The position numbers and the translations under genes are program-made. Positions 53,601 to 62,659 of a DNA stretch of 64,000 nucleotides are shown piece by piece (position 1 is the first letter of the stretch; every line of letters starts with the position of its first letter). The stretch comes from Torpedo marmorata (taxonomy: Eukaryota). The stretch covers positions 136,834,001 through 136,898,000 of the forward strand of contig OZ360221.1 in NCBI GenBank assembly GCA_977017645.1. The letters run 5' to 3'. Below the pieces are notes generated by a model that saw nothing but the letters and a program-made list of their open reading frames with translations, had not been told where the DNA came from and did no database searches.

Positions 53601-56600
53601 GCACCAGCAAACTTTCCCGCAAGGATAATCGTCCCCCTTCAGTTCAGATGCAAACCGTCCAGTCGGAAGAGAGCCCAATGATCCAAAAACCTGAAGCCCT
53701 CCCTCTTACACCATGTCTTTAGCCAAGTGTTAAGCTGCATTATCCTCCTATTTCTAACCTCACTAGCATGTGGCATGGGTAGCAATCCTGAGATCGCAAC
53801 CCTGGAGATCCTGTCCTTCAACCTACCATCCTGGATTCTCGATCTCTTCCACAGAACCTCTTATCTGTCCCCCTAACTATGGAATCTCCTATCACTACAG
53901 CTCACCTCTTCTCCTCCTTTCCCTTCTTAGCCACAAGGTCGGACTCTGTGCCAGAGAACTGACCGCCGTGGCTTGTGCCTGGTAGGTCATCCCCCCAACA
54001 GTAACCAAAATGGTATACTTGTTATTGAGGGGACCGGCCACAGGGGTGTCATGCACTGGCTGTAGGTTCCCGTTCCCTCTCCTGACTGTCACCCAGCTAC
54101 CTTTCTCCTGCCTCCTAGGTGTGACAGCATCCCTGTAACTCCTGTCTATCACCCCCTCTGCCTCTCAAATTATCCGGAGTTGATCCAACTCCAGCTCCAA
54201 TTCCCTAACTTGGTTTGGCTATAAGTTCTCTGAGATATTCTCAGGACCTGAACACTCCATATAAATGTACATTCTTCTTAATTTGTGACTTTTTTATTCT
54301 TAATTCAAATATATTTTTAAAATTCTTTATTCTTCTCCTTAATTAGTAATTTGTTTGCAAATCTATTATTAAATAGGGCAATGTTGTTCCTCAGAACTAC
54401 TTTTTGAACAGCTTGCTGCATTTTTGACCCTATTTAATTTATTTAATCCTATTGCCTGTCAAGTAAACTGCAGAAAACCTGTAGTCACACCAGCTTTGAT
54501 TGGGAGCTATTTGAGATAGGAGTGGCAGTTCATTCACTAGAGTTTTCTGCTACTGATTGATCAATGGAAAGTGGTTATCTGAATCAATCACATACATTGT
54601 ATTTAGGGGAGACTGAAGACTAAATATAGATTTACCAAGTATGGAGAGGAAGGGAAGGTCAACACACATGGCATGGTATAATATTGTGACCAATATAGGG
54701 AGTAAGGATTCCCTGGCAAAATATTGAATCTTCAAAAGCACACATGGACAGGAAATGCAAAATAATAAATCATCCTTATTATAGGAGTTGTGATGTCCTC
54801 CTTGGAGAAGATGCTGATACTGAAAACAAACATTTCAAAAAGCTGAGAAGCCACTAAAGTAACAAACTCATGGATATCTAAGTATTTATTTATGTTTGTA
54901 TCATATCATAAGTAGATTCAAAATATTTTATTTGCCTTCTGTATTGTACTGTTTATATAAAACATTTTTTTCAAAATTATTTGGTCTTTTCACACCAACC
55001 TTGGACCACAGTATAGCTGATAATGCAAGGAGGGGACTGGCAGCCAGAATTACCAGAGTCAGCTTCCATCCTTTAGCAAAACCAATAATTATGCCTCCTG
55101 CAAATGTTGCCAGATACTGGAACAACAGTCCAATCTTATCACCGATTCCTTCACTTATCTTGTTTACGTCACTAATCAATGAAAGAGCACAATACATTGC
55201 ATTCCAATTAAAATGTGAATTACAACAAGGCTCTTTACAACAAATAAAAACCAGTCTAAAAATGTATCATTCTCACGCTGTTAGACGTGTGCTGAGTTGT
55301 CCAACTGGGTTAACATCAAACCAGCCAATATCCTTTCTCATTAGAGCATGAAAGAATGCTTTTCGTAGTTTTCGTGTCTGCCTTGCTGAACTCAGAACCC
55401 AAAAGGAAACTTGAATGTAAGCGCACAGCAGTGAACCTGCTCCAATTGCGACATAGTAATAGGAAAATCTAGAATGGAAACAATTAATATTTCATTTCGG
55501 AATCAGCTAAAGATTCTCATCTATAGAGATAGTAGTACCCAAAGTGTTTTAAAAAAAAATCTTGGTATCTTGTGGAGTGAGGATGTAATCTTTGATAATG
55601 AATGTAAATGAATCTCTCAGAACAGCTTTGAAGGTTCTGTGCAATAATTGAGGAAATTAATGATATATCTGCCAACTGTGCAATCATTTGGTCGGGCGGG
55701 CCTACAGGAGAGCGTGTAGGGGTTAATTGGTCAAAGGCCAATAAATAAGAGGGACAGGGAGCGGCCCAGCGAGTGAGTGGCACAGCAAAAGAGTGGGTCT
55801 TCTAGGCTTTGGCTCATCAGGCTTCGGCGAAAGCAGGCGAGGCGAAAGGTTGGCTGTTTTATTAGCCCTTCCGTTACATTAAAAGGCTGAGCCATGCCTA
55901 TGGGGTTAGTGCTCTGCTCAAGTTGCCAGATGTGGGAGCCATGGGTGACCTCCACCCACCCAAAGGACCATATCTGTGCCAGGTGCGACGAGGTGGGGTT
56001 CCTTAGGGGCCGAGTTGGTGAACTGGAACTCCAGCTTGATGACCTTAGGCTCATCAGAGAGAGTGAGGAGTTAAGCGAGAGGACCTTAAATCTTCCCACA
56101 GGGCATACCTGCAAGGGATGTAAAGGGACACAAGTATTAAAGAATAAAATTAAAGAAATGGAGTTGCAGCTTGATGATCTGCGGCTTATCAGGGAGAGTG
56201 AAGAATTTATAGATACGACGCTCAGGGATGTGCTTACCCCCGGATTGGGGGGGTCAGGTAAGTGGACTACAGTCAGGGGAGGGGGGAGAGTTGTTAGCTC
56301 TGTGGTGAGCACCCCGGTGGCCACTGTTCTTAGCAACAAATATACTGTATTGGATGTAGTTGGGGAAGATAGCCTGCCAGAGGTTGGGCCAAGGGAGCCG
56401 GTGGTGCGGAAAGGAAGGAAGGGGAACAAAGTGGTTATTGGGGACTCCATTGTCAGGGGAACAGACAGAAGGTTCTGTGACCCTGACAAGTGTTCCCGCA
56501 TGGTGTGTTGCCTCCCAGGAGCCAGGGTGCGAGATGTCTCGGATAGGGTTCAGAGTATCCTGGGGGGGGAAGGTGAACGGCCAGAAGTCTTGATACACGT

Positions 56601-59600
56601 GGGCACAAATGACGTGGATAAGATGAAGGAGGAGATCCTGAAGAGGGACCACCGTGAGCTCGGAAGGAGGTTAAGAAGCAGGACCTCCAGGATTGTAATC
56701 TCGGGGCTGCTACCTGTGCTGTGCGTGGGTGGGGGCAAAAATAATAAAAGCAGGAGGTTAAATGTGTGGCTGAAGGAATGGTGCAGAGTGCAGGGATTCA
56801 GGTTCATAGACCATTGGGATCTCTTCTGGGGGAGACAAAACCTCTACAGGAGGGATGGTTTACACCTGAATACAAAGGGGGCCAATATACTAGCAGTTAC
56901 GTTTAATAATGCTGTTGGATTTGATTTAAACTAATTTGGCAGGGGGAAGGGAACGGGACTGATAGGGAAGCAGATAGGAGAGTGAATATAGGGGTGGATC
57001 CGATAGACGGTGAAACCATAAGGAAAAAGGGAACTAAAAGTGATAGGAGAATAGGGGCAAGTGCATCAGGAACAAAGGTGGAGGAAGAAGGGAGATATGG
57101 TATCAAGGTATTGTATATGAATGCACGGAGTGTAAGGAATAAAATGGATGAGCTTGAGGCGCAAATGGCAATGGGAGGTTATGACATTATCGGAGTTACG
57201 GAGACATGGCTGCAGGAGGGACAGGATTGGGAAATAAATGTTCCAGGGTACACGTCCTACAGAAAGGACAGAAAGTTAGGAAGAGGTGGTGGGGTAGCTC
57301 TGTTGGTAAGTAATGAAGTTCAGGCATTTGAAAGGAAAGACATTGAAACAGGTGGGGTAGAGTCTGTTTGGATTGAATTAAGAAATTGCAAAGGCATGAA
57401 GACCATAATGGGTGTCATTTACAGGCCTCCGAAAAGTAGCTCAGATATAGGAAGTAGTATAAATCAGGAATTAAGAGTGGCATGTCAAAGTGGTAGCAAT
57501 ACGGTAGTTATGGGGGACTTCAACATGAAGGTGGACTGGGAAAATCAGATGGGGGCAGGAAAACAAGAGAGTGAGTTTATAGAATGTCTACGAGACACAT
57601 TCATGGAGCAGCTAGTGGAGGAACCTACCAGAGGGAAGTCGATTCTGGACTTGGTGCTGTGCAGCGACGCAGAGTTAATTAGTGACCTCGAAGTAGGGGT
57701 GCCATTAGGGAATAGTGACCATGGTATGGTTACTTTTGATTTGCAATTGGAAAGGGAAAAAGAAAGGAAGTCGGAAGCATCTATACTGAGGTTAAATAAA
57801 GGGGATTATGCAGCTATGAGGGAGGAGCTAGCCAAAATAAAATGGAAGATACACTAGCTGGGAGGACAACTGCGGAAAAATGGCAGGTATTTTTGGACAT
57901 TTTTCACAGGATTCAGGACAAATTCATTCCAAAGTGGAGGAAAGGCTCAAGGAGATGCAAATGGCAGCCGTGGCTAACTAATGAAATCAAGGGCATTATC
58001 AAGTCCAAAGGGAGTAAATATAAGATAGCGAAGCAGAGTGGGAAGCTAGAGGATTGGGAAACCTTCAAAGAGCATCAGAGGGTAGCTAAGAAAGTCATAC
58101 GAGAGGGAAAATGAAGTACGAGAGGAAATTAGCAAGTAATATAATAGAGGATAGAAAAAGCTTTTTTAAATATGTGAAGAGGAAGAAATTGGTTCGGTCT
58201 AAAATTGGGCCATTAAGATTGGAAAAGGGTGGAATTATTACTGGAAACAAGGAAATGGCTGAGGAATTTAACAAGTACTTTGCATCTGTCTTCACCAAGG
58301 AGGATATTGGTTATGGTCAGTTAGGGGGTAGTGGTCATGCAGTATCAAGAGACTTGGGGAACTTTCCTGGGGAAGTAGGGAATCTGATAGATATTCGGAT
58401 CCAGGAGCAGGAGGTTGTGAGTAAATTGTTGGGACTGAGGGCTGATAAATCCCCAGGGCCTGATGGGCTGCATCCCAGGGTGCTTAAAGAGGTTGCTCTG
58501 GAAATTGTGGAGGCACTGGTCGACATTTTCCAAAGCTCCATAGATTCGGGGGAGGTCCCTGTGGATTGGAGAGTGGCTGATGTGGTGCCGCTTTTTAAGA
58601 AGGGAGGGAGGGAGAAAACGGGAAATTATAGACCGGTCAGCCTGACGTCAGTGGTGGGGAAGATATTGGAATCTATCATAAAAGGAGTAATAGCAGAACA
58701 CTTAGACAGAAAAAATAGTATAAGGGCTAGTCAGCATGGATTTCTTAAGGGTAAGTCATGCTTGACTAACCTTCTGAAATGTTTTGAAGATGTGACAAAA
58801 AGGGTGGACTTGGGAGAGCCAGTGGATGTGGTGTATTTGGACTTCCAGAAGGCCTTTGATAAGGTACCGCACGGGAGACTAGTGGGCAAGATCAGGGAGC
58901 ATGGTATTGAAGGTAAGGTGCTGACATGGATAGGAAGTTGGTTAAGAAATAGGAAACAAAGGGTTGGGGTAAGCGGGTCTTTTTCAGGATGGCAGGATGT
59001 GACGAGTGGAGTGCCGCAGGGATCGGTGTTGGGTCCTCAATTGTTTGTCATTTATGTAAATGATTTGGATGATGGGATTATTAATAACATGAGCAAATTT
59101 GCAGATGACACTAAACTGGGTGGCGGTGTAAAGTGTGAAGAGGATGTCAGGAAAATGCAGAGGGACTTGGACAGGTTGGGGGAGTGGGCTGAAGAATGGA
59201 AGATGAAGTTCAATGTGAGCAAATGTGAGGTTATCCATTTTGGGGGCAGTAATAGGAAGGCTGAGTATTATTTAAATGGAGACAAGCTAGGGAGTGGGGA
59301 AGTGCAGATGGATCTGGGTGTACTTGTTCACCGGTCACTGAAGGCTAACATGCAGGTTCAGAAAGCTGTGAAGAAGGCAAATGGCATGTTGGCTTTCATA
59401 AAGAGGGGATTGGAGTATAGGAGCAGAGACGCCCTTCTGCAGTTGTACAGGGCCCTGGTGAGACCCCACCTGGAGTATTGCGTCCAGTTCTGGTCTCCAA
59501 GTTTGAGGAAGGACATACTAGCTATAGAGGGTGTGCAGCGCAGATTTACAAGGTTAGTTCCAGGGATGGCAGGGTTGACATATGCTGAAAGGTTAGAAAA

Positions 59601-61927
59601 ACTGGACTTATATCCGATGGAGTTTAGAAGGATGAGGGGGGACATGATTGAGGTATACAAAATTATCAAGGGGATAGACAGGGTGAAGTCAGATTACTTG
59701 TTCCCAATGATGGGAGAGACGAGGACTAGAGGGCATAGTTTAAGAATACAGGGAAGGCCCTTTAGGACGGAGATGAGGAAAAATTTTTTTACCCAGAGAA
59801 GTGTGAATCTGTGGAATGCTCTGCCACAGAGGGTGGTAGAGGCAGATTCACTGATTATGTTCAAAAGAGAGTTAGATAAGACTCTAGTGGGCAGAGGAGT
59901 TAAGGGTTATGGCGATAAGGCTGGTAAGGGGTACTGATAGTAGTGATCAGCCATGATCTGTAAAATGGCGGTGCTGGCTCGACGGGCCGAAGGGCCTACT
60001 CCAGCTTCTATTGTCTATTGTCTATTGAAATTCCTGTGATGGTACTTACTCAGCCATTTGTTCTTCAAAGGGTATCTCATCACAGTCTGTTTGATTTACT
60101 GTAATAAATCATTAAAAAATACAATTTTATTGCAGAGAAGCAATTTTATTTTGCTTATTCAACATTGATATTACCCATAGAATTGCTGAAGTAGTGGTCA
60201 TGGACCAACAGTACAATCAAACTTTGAATTCAGAAATTAGAAATCACGGGCAAACTGAAGCCGAAATGAAAGGTCAAGGAATGAAATCAATCAAGGACAA
60301 CTGGTTGGAGGAGATTGGTGGAGGTTAAGGTATTGCAGGCTTGAAAAAAGAATCCATCCATTGTAAGTAAATGTTCCAACATCTACTCATGGAAAGGCAT
60401 CAGGAATCATAAAATCTATTACAAGAAAATGTTATAAAACACATTTATTTTCCATTTTCACAATATTTGCCATTCCATGAATTGTAGCTTCACTGTGCAT
60501 TTTGTTACTCATCAATGAGTCCTATCATATTTACAGCCAGACATAAATGTCATGTTCTGTTTGATGAATGATTGAAAAAGTTTATGATTAATCCATTTAA
60601 CGTTTATTGCAGAAAACACCTCATGAAATAAACCTGTCATGCTTTTGTGCAGATAGTATACCGCTTGTTACCTAACATGCCATAATTGTACAGTAACTTG
60701 GGTGAAGCTGACAAATTCAGCATTGGAACTTTAAAGTGAAATTTCAAGATTGAAGAACATGACTTATTCATCCCCTATGATAAACTAATCCCAGTGACTC
60801 TCAGTTCTCTTTCTGTTAAGACATCTAATATTTTATTGCACTTTTAAGACATTTTTTCCTCAATAAATTATTTCATGTCCATTGTTCTTTTGGAGTTTGA
60901 TGTCCTATCCAACCAGTTTTTTTGGTAGCATTCTGATTTTTAATTTAACATATTTGAAGTAATGAGCTACTCATTTTGTACTAGTGACCTTACCACTAAG
61001 TTGACAGGCAACATACTGTAAACATACTATTTATATCACTTCAAGTGTTCAACACTTAATTTTCTTTAATTATTTCTATTCTTATGATTGACAACAAAGA
61101 CAGCACCAAGAATCCCACATAAAGGACCATCTACTCACATGATGTATTGGCAGACTGTGCCTGGCATATGAAGCCATTTGTCATATCACCGAAAACAATT
61201 GATAATAGTGGAAGACACATTCCATGAGCCACTGCTGCTATGATTCCAACTATCATTAGTAAAATGTCCATGCTATCTGCAAAACGAAACTTAGAAGATA
61301 TGTGAAAGAGATGAGTTTTCAATTTTTCCTTGTTTAAGCTACGTAAAAACAGTCAGGCAAAATACCAAAATGTAATGCATGCATATTATGCCAAACAGAA
61401 GTGCAGGAAGATGCAAATAATCCATTTATCCCACTGCTTTCTCTATGTGTTTCCCTACTTAAATGAATTGCTGCCGTGATGTGTGCTTTTTTTCTCTCCT
61501 TTTTGATGATGAGAGTTCATAATGCTAGCCAGAAAAAAAGTATATTAAATTGATTAACATGAATATTTTGTCACCTTGGTCAATATTGGAAAGACCCCCA
61601 AGGCATACAGTATATCTTCTTGTTCCCCATTTGAGTAAAGAAAAAAAAGTTCCTGTCTAGAAAATAGATTTTTCTTTTACAAGCATGGTCAAGTACTGTA
61701 ATTAGAGGGAAACAACTCTGAAAACACATCAAGTCTTTGTGTACAGTCTCCAGTCCAGAAGGCCAATGCCACTTTGCAAACACTTGTTGCTATTTCGCAA
61801 AACTCAAATTTTGTCTCACCTGGAAACTACAGAGCAATGAACTTTGATTTTCAAAAATAATTCACATACCATCTGAAGAGGGCTAACTGATTGTACTTTT
61901 TGAGATTTCCTTTCATCTTTGTGCTTC
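9053..61927 (-). CDS. ABCB5: ABC transporter subfamily B full transporter (P-glycoprotein family), ABCB5-like; partial multi-exon gene (16 exons: TMD1, NBD1, linker, start of TMD2)
   Basis: 16 exons with GT-AG boundaries and compatible phases join into one frame of about 739 codons. Walker [10 protein letters not shown]-loop VSQEPVLF, signature LSGGQKQR, Walker [14 protein letters not shown]-loop IAHRLST. ABCB5-type residues: [66 protein letters not shown]. Paralog call is from remembered sequences, not a tree. Confidence 0.88.
9313..9459 (-). CDS. ABCB5: ABCB5-like exon (TM7, [21 protein letters not shown]...IIFAKIIS)
   Basis: taaaag acceptor, gtaagt donor, 147 nt; the most ABCB5-diagnostic exon. 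Confidence 0.93.
10235..10390 (-). CDS. ABCB5: ABCB5-like exon (charged linker, [15 protein letters not shown]...SKME)
   Basis: Open charged frame at the expected position, gtaata donor. The acceptor (ggaag) gives 156 nt in phase 0/0 but is weak, so the 5' boundary is uncertain. Confidence 0.7.
10530..12045 (-). mobile_element. Old degenerate CR1 LINE (RT to 3' tail)
   Basis: [12 protein letters not shown] and [11 protein letters not shown] remnants; gaacatagaacagtacag tail near 10535. Confidence 0.85.
13437..13598 (-). CDS. ABCB5: ABCB5-like exon (H-loop, [16 protein letters not shown])
   Basis: ccacag acceptor, gtacta donor, 162 nt. Confidence 0.95.
14071..16563 (+). mobile_element. Solo LTR-like element (Gypsy/Gmr1-related) interrupted by an L1 fragment
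   Basis: Ends (CA)n..AATAAA..ttgctgctggt..GTAACA like the Gmr1 LTRs at 41817/46879/51892. Left boundary is approximate and no TSD was found. Confidence 0.6.
14772..16244 (+). mobile_element. Internal L1-clade ORF2 fragment (RT end to Cys domain), no 3' UTR or tail
   Basis: [39 protein letters not shown]; flanked by 63-bp direct repeats 14709-14771 and 16245-16307. Confidence 0.9.
16652..16822 (-). CDS. ABCB5: ABCB5-like exon (ABC signature and Walker B)
   Basis: ttgcag acceptor, gtacaa donor, 171 nt, [15 protein letters not shown]...DEATSALD. Confidence 0.96.
18004..18207 (-). CDS. ABCB5: ABCB5-like exon (Q-loop of NBD1)
   Basis: gccag acceptor, gtaagg donor, 204 nt, [19 protein letters not shown]. 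Confidence 0.96.
18950..19370 (-). mobile_element. Highly decayed CR1-like LINE fragment
   Basis: Resembles the RT C-terminal region of a CR1-like LINE; recognised by pattern only. Confidence 0.4.
19390..19440 (-). mobile_element. Severely 5'-truncated Rex1/Babar 3' end
   Basis: cagaatcagaatcagaatttattgtcatgaacaag matches the tail at 27066 and (reversed) at 28616. Confidence 0.8.
19580..20268. mobile_element. Non-autonomous hAT-superfamily DNA transposon (MITE), 689 bp
   Basis: Perfect 14-bp TIR CAGGGTCGGCGCCA / TGGCGCCGACCCTG; perfect 8-bp TSD ACAGGAGA at 19572-19579 and 20269-20276; CpG-rich interior. Confidence 0.93.
20892..21017 (-). CDS. ABCB5: ABCB5-like exon (Walker A of NBD1)
   Basis: tgtag acceptor, gtgagg donor, 126 nt, [23 protein letters not shown]. 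Confidence 0.96.
21380..22003 (+). mobile_element. Old CR1 fragment (ORF1 end and ORF2 endonuclease); continues at about 25816-26560
   Basis: [39 protein letters not shown]; reading resumes at gaaagtttcctc after the nested inserts. Confidence 0.82.
22018..25648. mobile_element. L1-clade LINE with 5' inversion (22018-24472 minus, 24473-25648 plus)
   Basis: EN+RT on the minus strand; C-terminus, G-rich 3' UTR and A/(AT)n tail on the plus strand; 14-bp TSD ATATGTTTAGGAAT at 22004-22017 and 25649-25662. Confidence 0.93.
25663..25815 (+). mobile_element. Short LINE 3' end (Rex-like) with AATAAA and (TTGAATC)n tail
   Basis: acaataaataatttgaatcttgaatcctga terminus; interrupts the CR1 endonuclease region. 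Confidence 0.55.
26097..26278 (-). mobile_element. V-SINE (HE1-like), 5'-truncated
   Basis: V-domain-like core GGAGTTTGTACATTCTCC..GGGTTTCCTCTGGGTGCTCTGGTTTC followed by a CR1-like 3' end (GAAGGGCCTGTT..GTGCTGTA). Confidence 0.85.
27066..28912 (-). mobile_element. Rex1/Babar LINE, 5'-truncated, split by a second copy (pieces 27066-27728 and 28617-28912)
   Basis: [31 protein letters not shown]; (ATTCTG)n tail at 27066. Confidence 0.9.
27729..28616 (+). mobile_element. Rex1/Babar LINE, 5'-truncated, nested antisense in a same-family copy
   Basis: ORF 27903..28451 ([24 protein letters not shown]), AATAAA then (ATTCTG)n tail; the host sequence gccctcga|tgagga rejoins across it. Confidence 0.92.
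29234..29344 (-). CDS. ABCB5: ABCB5-like exon (KPAIDNFS...YPSRADAK)
   Basis: cttag acceptor, gtagga donor, 111 nt, A-loop YPSR. Confidence 0.95.
30360..30850 (-). mobile_element. Old CR1 3' fragment
   Basis: [22 protein letters not shown] peptide. Confidence 0.8.
30985..31195 (+). mobile_element. Old CR1 3' end
   Basis: gggctgaaggcctgtactgtgctgt followed by an (ATGTTCT)n tail. Confidence 0.75.
31529..31642 (-). CDS. ABCB5: ABCB5-like exon (TM6, [14 protein letters not shown]...ARGAAFEI)
   Basis: tttttag acceptor, gtaaag donor, 114 nt. Confidence 0.95.
32671..32845 (-). CDS. ABCB5: ABCB5-like exon ([15 protein letters not shown]...GYTIGTVLT)
   Basis: taaag acceptor, gtaagc donor, 175 nt, FWYG motif. 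Confidence 0.95.
32934..33058 (-). CDS. ABCB5: ABCB5-like exon ([17 protein letters not shown]...KKETER)
   Basis: ttcag acceptor, gtttgc donor, 125 nt, AEEVL.AIRTV motif. Confidence 0.95.
34478..35200 (-). mobile_element. CR1 family B, 3' part
   Basis: [30 protein letters not shown] plus 3' UTR ending catagaacattacagcacag. Confidence 0.9.
35201..37214 (+). mobile_element. ERV-like LTR (about 0.7 kb net), interrupted by a CR1 at 35357-36665
   Basis: GTGAT...ATCACA termini, CCAAT 37017, TATAAAA 37051, AATAAA 37146, followed after 3 nt by a tRNA-Arg PBS. Confidence 0.78.
35357..36665 (-). mobile_element. CR1 young family A, 5'-truncated
   Basis: Near-identical to about 466-1778; same TATATGGT tail; short gtaac duplication at the junctions. 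Confidence 0.95.
37218..37235 (+). promoter_or_regulatory. Primer-binding site, tRNA-Arg(ACG)-like
   Basis: TGGCAAGCCAGCCAGCAG is a 16/18 match to TGGCGAGCCAGCCAGGAG, the complement of the vertebrate tRNA-Arg(ACG) 3' end. Confidence 0.8.
37236..37756 (+). mobile_element. Second, diverged and 3'-truncated copy of the ERV-like LTR
   Basis: Collinear with 35210-35356 plus 36666-37025 (gcattttgagacgaaagaaggac ... ttttgaccaatcctgt); cut by the Gypsy LTR. Confidence 0.8.
38360..41486 (-). mobile_element. L1-clade LINE, 5'-truncated, inserted in the Gypsy LTR
   Basis: RT ([20 protein letters not shown]), Cys domain, G-rich 3' UTR, A/(AT)n tail; 10-bp TSD TGTATTATAT at 38350-38359 and 41487-41496; related to 22018-25648. 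Confidence 0.94.
39162..39513. repeat. 174-bp tandem duplication inside L1 ORF2 (58 aa, in frame)
   Basis: Units start at 39162 and 39336, apparently identical, with taaa microhomology. Confidence 0.93.
41598..41668. repeat. (CA)n microsatellite within the Gmr1 LTR
   Basis: Expanded relative to the equivalent tracts at about 46723 and 51720. Confidence 0.9.
41822..41839 (+). promoter_or_regulatory. Primer-binding site, tRNA-Pro
   Basis: TGGGGGCTCGTCCGGGAT, the 18-nt tRNA-Pro PBS also used by MLV, 4 nt after the LTR end; mutated version at 46884-46902. Confidence 0.93.
46019..51892 (+). mobile_element. Gmr1-type Gypsy LTR retrotransposon, copy 2 (LTR-gag-PR-INT-deltaRT-RNase H-LTR)
   Basis: LTRs 46019-46879 and 51024-51892; gag from 46988, [14 protein letters not shown], integrase [21 protein letters not shown], RNase H AVDAS..IEKELLA..YTDHNPL..ADCLSR; PPT gtgggtgggagg. 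Confidence 0.94.
51893..54215 (-). mobile_element. CR1 family B, 5' part (ORF1 esterase remnant, ORF2 EN to RT start)
   Basis: [47 protein letters not shown], truncated exactly at the LTR end. Confidence 0.88.
55000..55171 (-). CDS. ABCB5: ABCB5-like exon ([12 protein letters not shown]...LWSK)
   Basis: attag acceptor, gttggt donor, 172 nt, GIGDK and GWKLTLV motifs. Confidence 0.95.
55277..55468 (-). CDS. ABCB5: ABCB5-like exon (FSYYYVAIG...DIGWFD...STRLT)
   Basis: ttctag acceptor, gtgaga donor, 192 nt, clear P-glycoprotein homology. Confidence 0.95.
55894..56934 (+). CDS. CR1 ORF1: zinc-finger/leucine-zipper plus SGNH esterase
   Basis: [17 protein letters not shown] zipper, VIGDSIV, HVGTND, DGLHLN motifs. 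Confidence 0.9.
   Translation: MPMGLVLCSSCQMWEPWVTSTHPKDHICARCDEVGFLRGRVGELELQLDDLRLIRESEELSERTLNLPTGHTCKGCKGTQVLKNKIKEMELQLDDLRLIRESEEFIDTTLRDVLTPGLGGSGKWTTVRGGGRVVSSVVSTPVATVLSNKYTVLDVVGEDSLPEVGPREPVVRKGRKGNKVVIGDSIVRGTDRRFCDPDKCSRMVCCLPGARVRDVSDRVQSILGGEGERPEVLIHVGTNDVDKMKEEILKRDHRELGRRLRSRTSRIVISGLLPVLCVGGGKNNKSRRLNVWLKEWCRVQGFRFIDHWDLFWGRQNLYRRDGLHLNTKGANILAVTFNNAVGFDLN
56982..59937 (+). pseudogene. CR1 ORF2 (APE endonuclease and RT), split by frameshifts near 57845 and 58110
   Basis: YMNARS, TETWL, YRPP, MGDFN, SDH; [16 protein letters not shown] in three consecutive ORFs. Confidence 0.9.
60050..60098 (-). CDS. ABCB5: ABCB5-like exon (extracellular loop 1, [15 protein letters not shown])
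   Basis: ttacag acceptor, gtaagt donor, 49 nt, phase 1 to 2 bridges the neighbouring exons; NQT sequon. Confidence 0.88.
61139..61289 (-). CDS. ABCB5: ABCB5-like exon (TM1, [15 protein letters not shown]...)
   Basis: ctaag acceptor, gtgagt donor, 151 nt, P-glycoprotein TM1 sequence. Confidence 0.93.
61870..61927 (-). CDS. ABCB5: ABCB5-like exon (N-terminal, [19 protein letters not shown])
   Basis: tttttttag acceptor, gtatgt donor, 58 nt, ends in phase 0 and joins the FRFAD exon. Confidence 0.8.
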
Positions 61928-62659
61928 CTAAAAAAAATAAATTCTTATGTTAGAGGAAAGGAATGCTACAGTACTTAACTTGCCACAAGGCAACACTTTT
62001 AGCCCACAAAATGTGACTGATAATTACAATCTCACTGCCTAACAATATGGGATGTTCAATTTCACGGTATCATTGTGGGAGTGAAATCATATTTATTAAA
62101 GTAATTTTATAATTTGCAATTGGTAGGCTACAAAGTTGGGTGAAAGATATATTTTGTAATTGGATACTAAAGGAATTAGGGTTAAATTTGGAAAAGGTGT
62201 TAAAAAAAACAATCTCTGCCTTTGCTTTCACCAACTTGATATGTTTTCAATTGATCAGCACTCCACCTGCTCCCAATAAACTATTGACAATCTGACATCC
62301 TTTCATCAAAAAGTTGCAGTATGGAAAGATGCCAACCGACTAGTGATCGATACAATCAGGCTGATTTACTATAGATGCTGCTTGCACAGTTTTTCGGGAA
62401 ATCTGTAACTCCTTCACTGTGGCAGACCAGCAAAGAACCTCTGTGAAGCTTCCTCCCCATTCTGTCTTCCTCTTATGCACACACTCAAATCCCAGATTCC
62501 AGTTGCAGTTTTCCTCTCTTTGAACTCAAGCCAGATCCACTTTCCAAATTATTTTTCCTTTCTCTCTTTCTTCCTATCCTCATGATTCATCCAAATATTT
62601 GCTGCCCCAGTTAACGTCAGTTACAATTCTTTCTACTTTTCCCTTGGACTAATTTTCCC

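Larger units (their letters stand above)
55689..60027 (+). mobile_element. Near full-length CR1-clade LINE (family C)
   Basis: GC-rich 5' UTR, intact ORF1, ORF2 EN-RT with two frameshifts, (CTATTGT)n tail. Confidence 0.95.

Noticed and set aside
55731-56807. Long antisense ORFs (256 aa and others) opposite CR1 ORF1
   Set aside because: Shadow frames of a GC-rich coding region with no recognisable motifs.
9053-61927. Assignment as ABCB1/ABCB4
   Set aside because: Several diagnostic segments, especially the TM7 exon, fit ABCB5 better. Not formally excluded without a tree.
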